This document shows, one piece after another, positions 63,896-64,000 of a stretch of 64,000 bases of DNA. The DNA is from a virus. Taxonomy: Duplodnaviria > Caudoviricetes. The stretch is from positions 1 through 64,000 of IMG/VR virus record IMGVR_UViG_2898571807_000002. One strand, given 5' to 3'. Position 1 is the first letter of the stretch, and every line of letters begins with the position of its first letter. Under the pieces are notes generated by a model, which made no database searches, had not been told where the DNA came from, and saw only the letters and a program-made list of their open reading frames with translations. The position numbers were made by a program, and so were the translations under genes.

Positions 63896-64000
63896 CAGGC
63901 ACCACCCGCCAAGATCGCCGTTACCCGCGGGTGGCGACTGCTGACTTGTCGCAGGTCACAGGCTCGGAGGTCAGGGCACGGATCGTGTCGACATCGCCCG

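Overview
High-GC actinobacterial mobile DNA with no host housekeeping genes. The right half (~33.9-63.9 kb, minus strand) is a complete-looking siphovirus virion and lysis module: HNH, terminases, portal, MuF-like head protein, scaffold, capsid, glycosyltransferase, connectors, tail tube, frameshifted chaperone, tape measure, minor tails, lysin and holin. The left half resembles a pSAM2-type actinomycete conjugative element (KorSA-like GntR, Pif-like NUDIX, Xis-like HTH, Spd-like membrane proteins, TraB/FtsK translocase, WhiB, tyrosine recombinase) and carries three toxin-antitoxin pairs. Five features stand out. (1) A Ro60/TROVE gene is preceded by a tandem array of four Y-RNA-like units that share a terminal stem motif but carry different inserts, three of them circularly permuted tRNA-like domains; one has a complete Cys(GCA) anticodon arm and one an Asn(GTT) loop remnant. 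(2) A 360-aa intein in the MuF-like gene lacks an in-frame endonuclease, while an HTH x3 + DUF559/Vsr-like endonuclease gene runs antisense through almost the whole intein. (3) A cas-less, degenerate 4-repeat mini-CRISPR array. (4) A diverged Acb2/Tad1-like candidate in the lysis region. (5) A short IS200/IS605-end-like hairpin element. All family assignments come from reading motifs by eye; no database searches were run.
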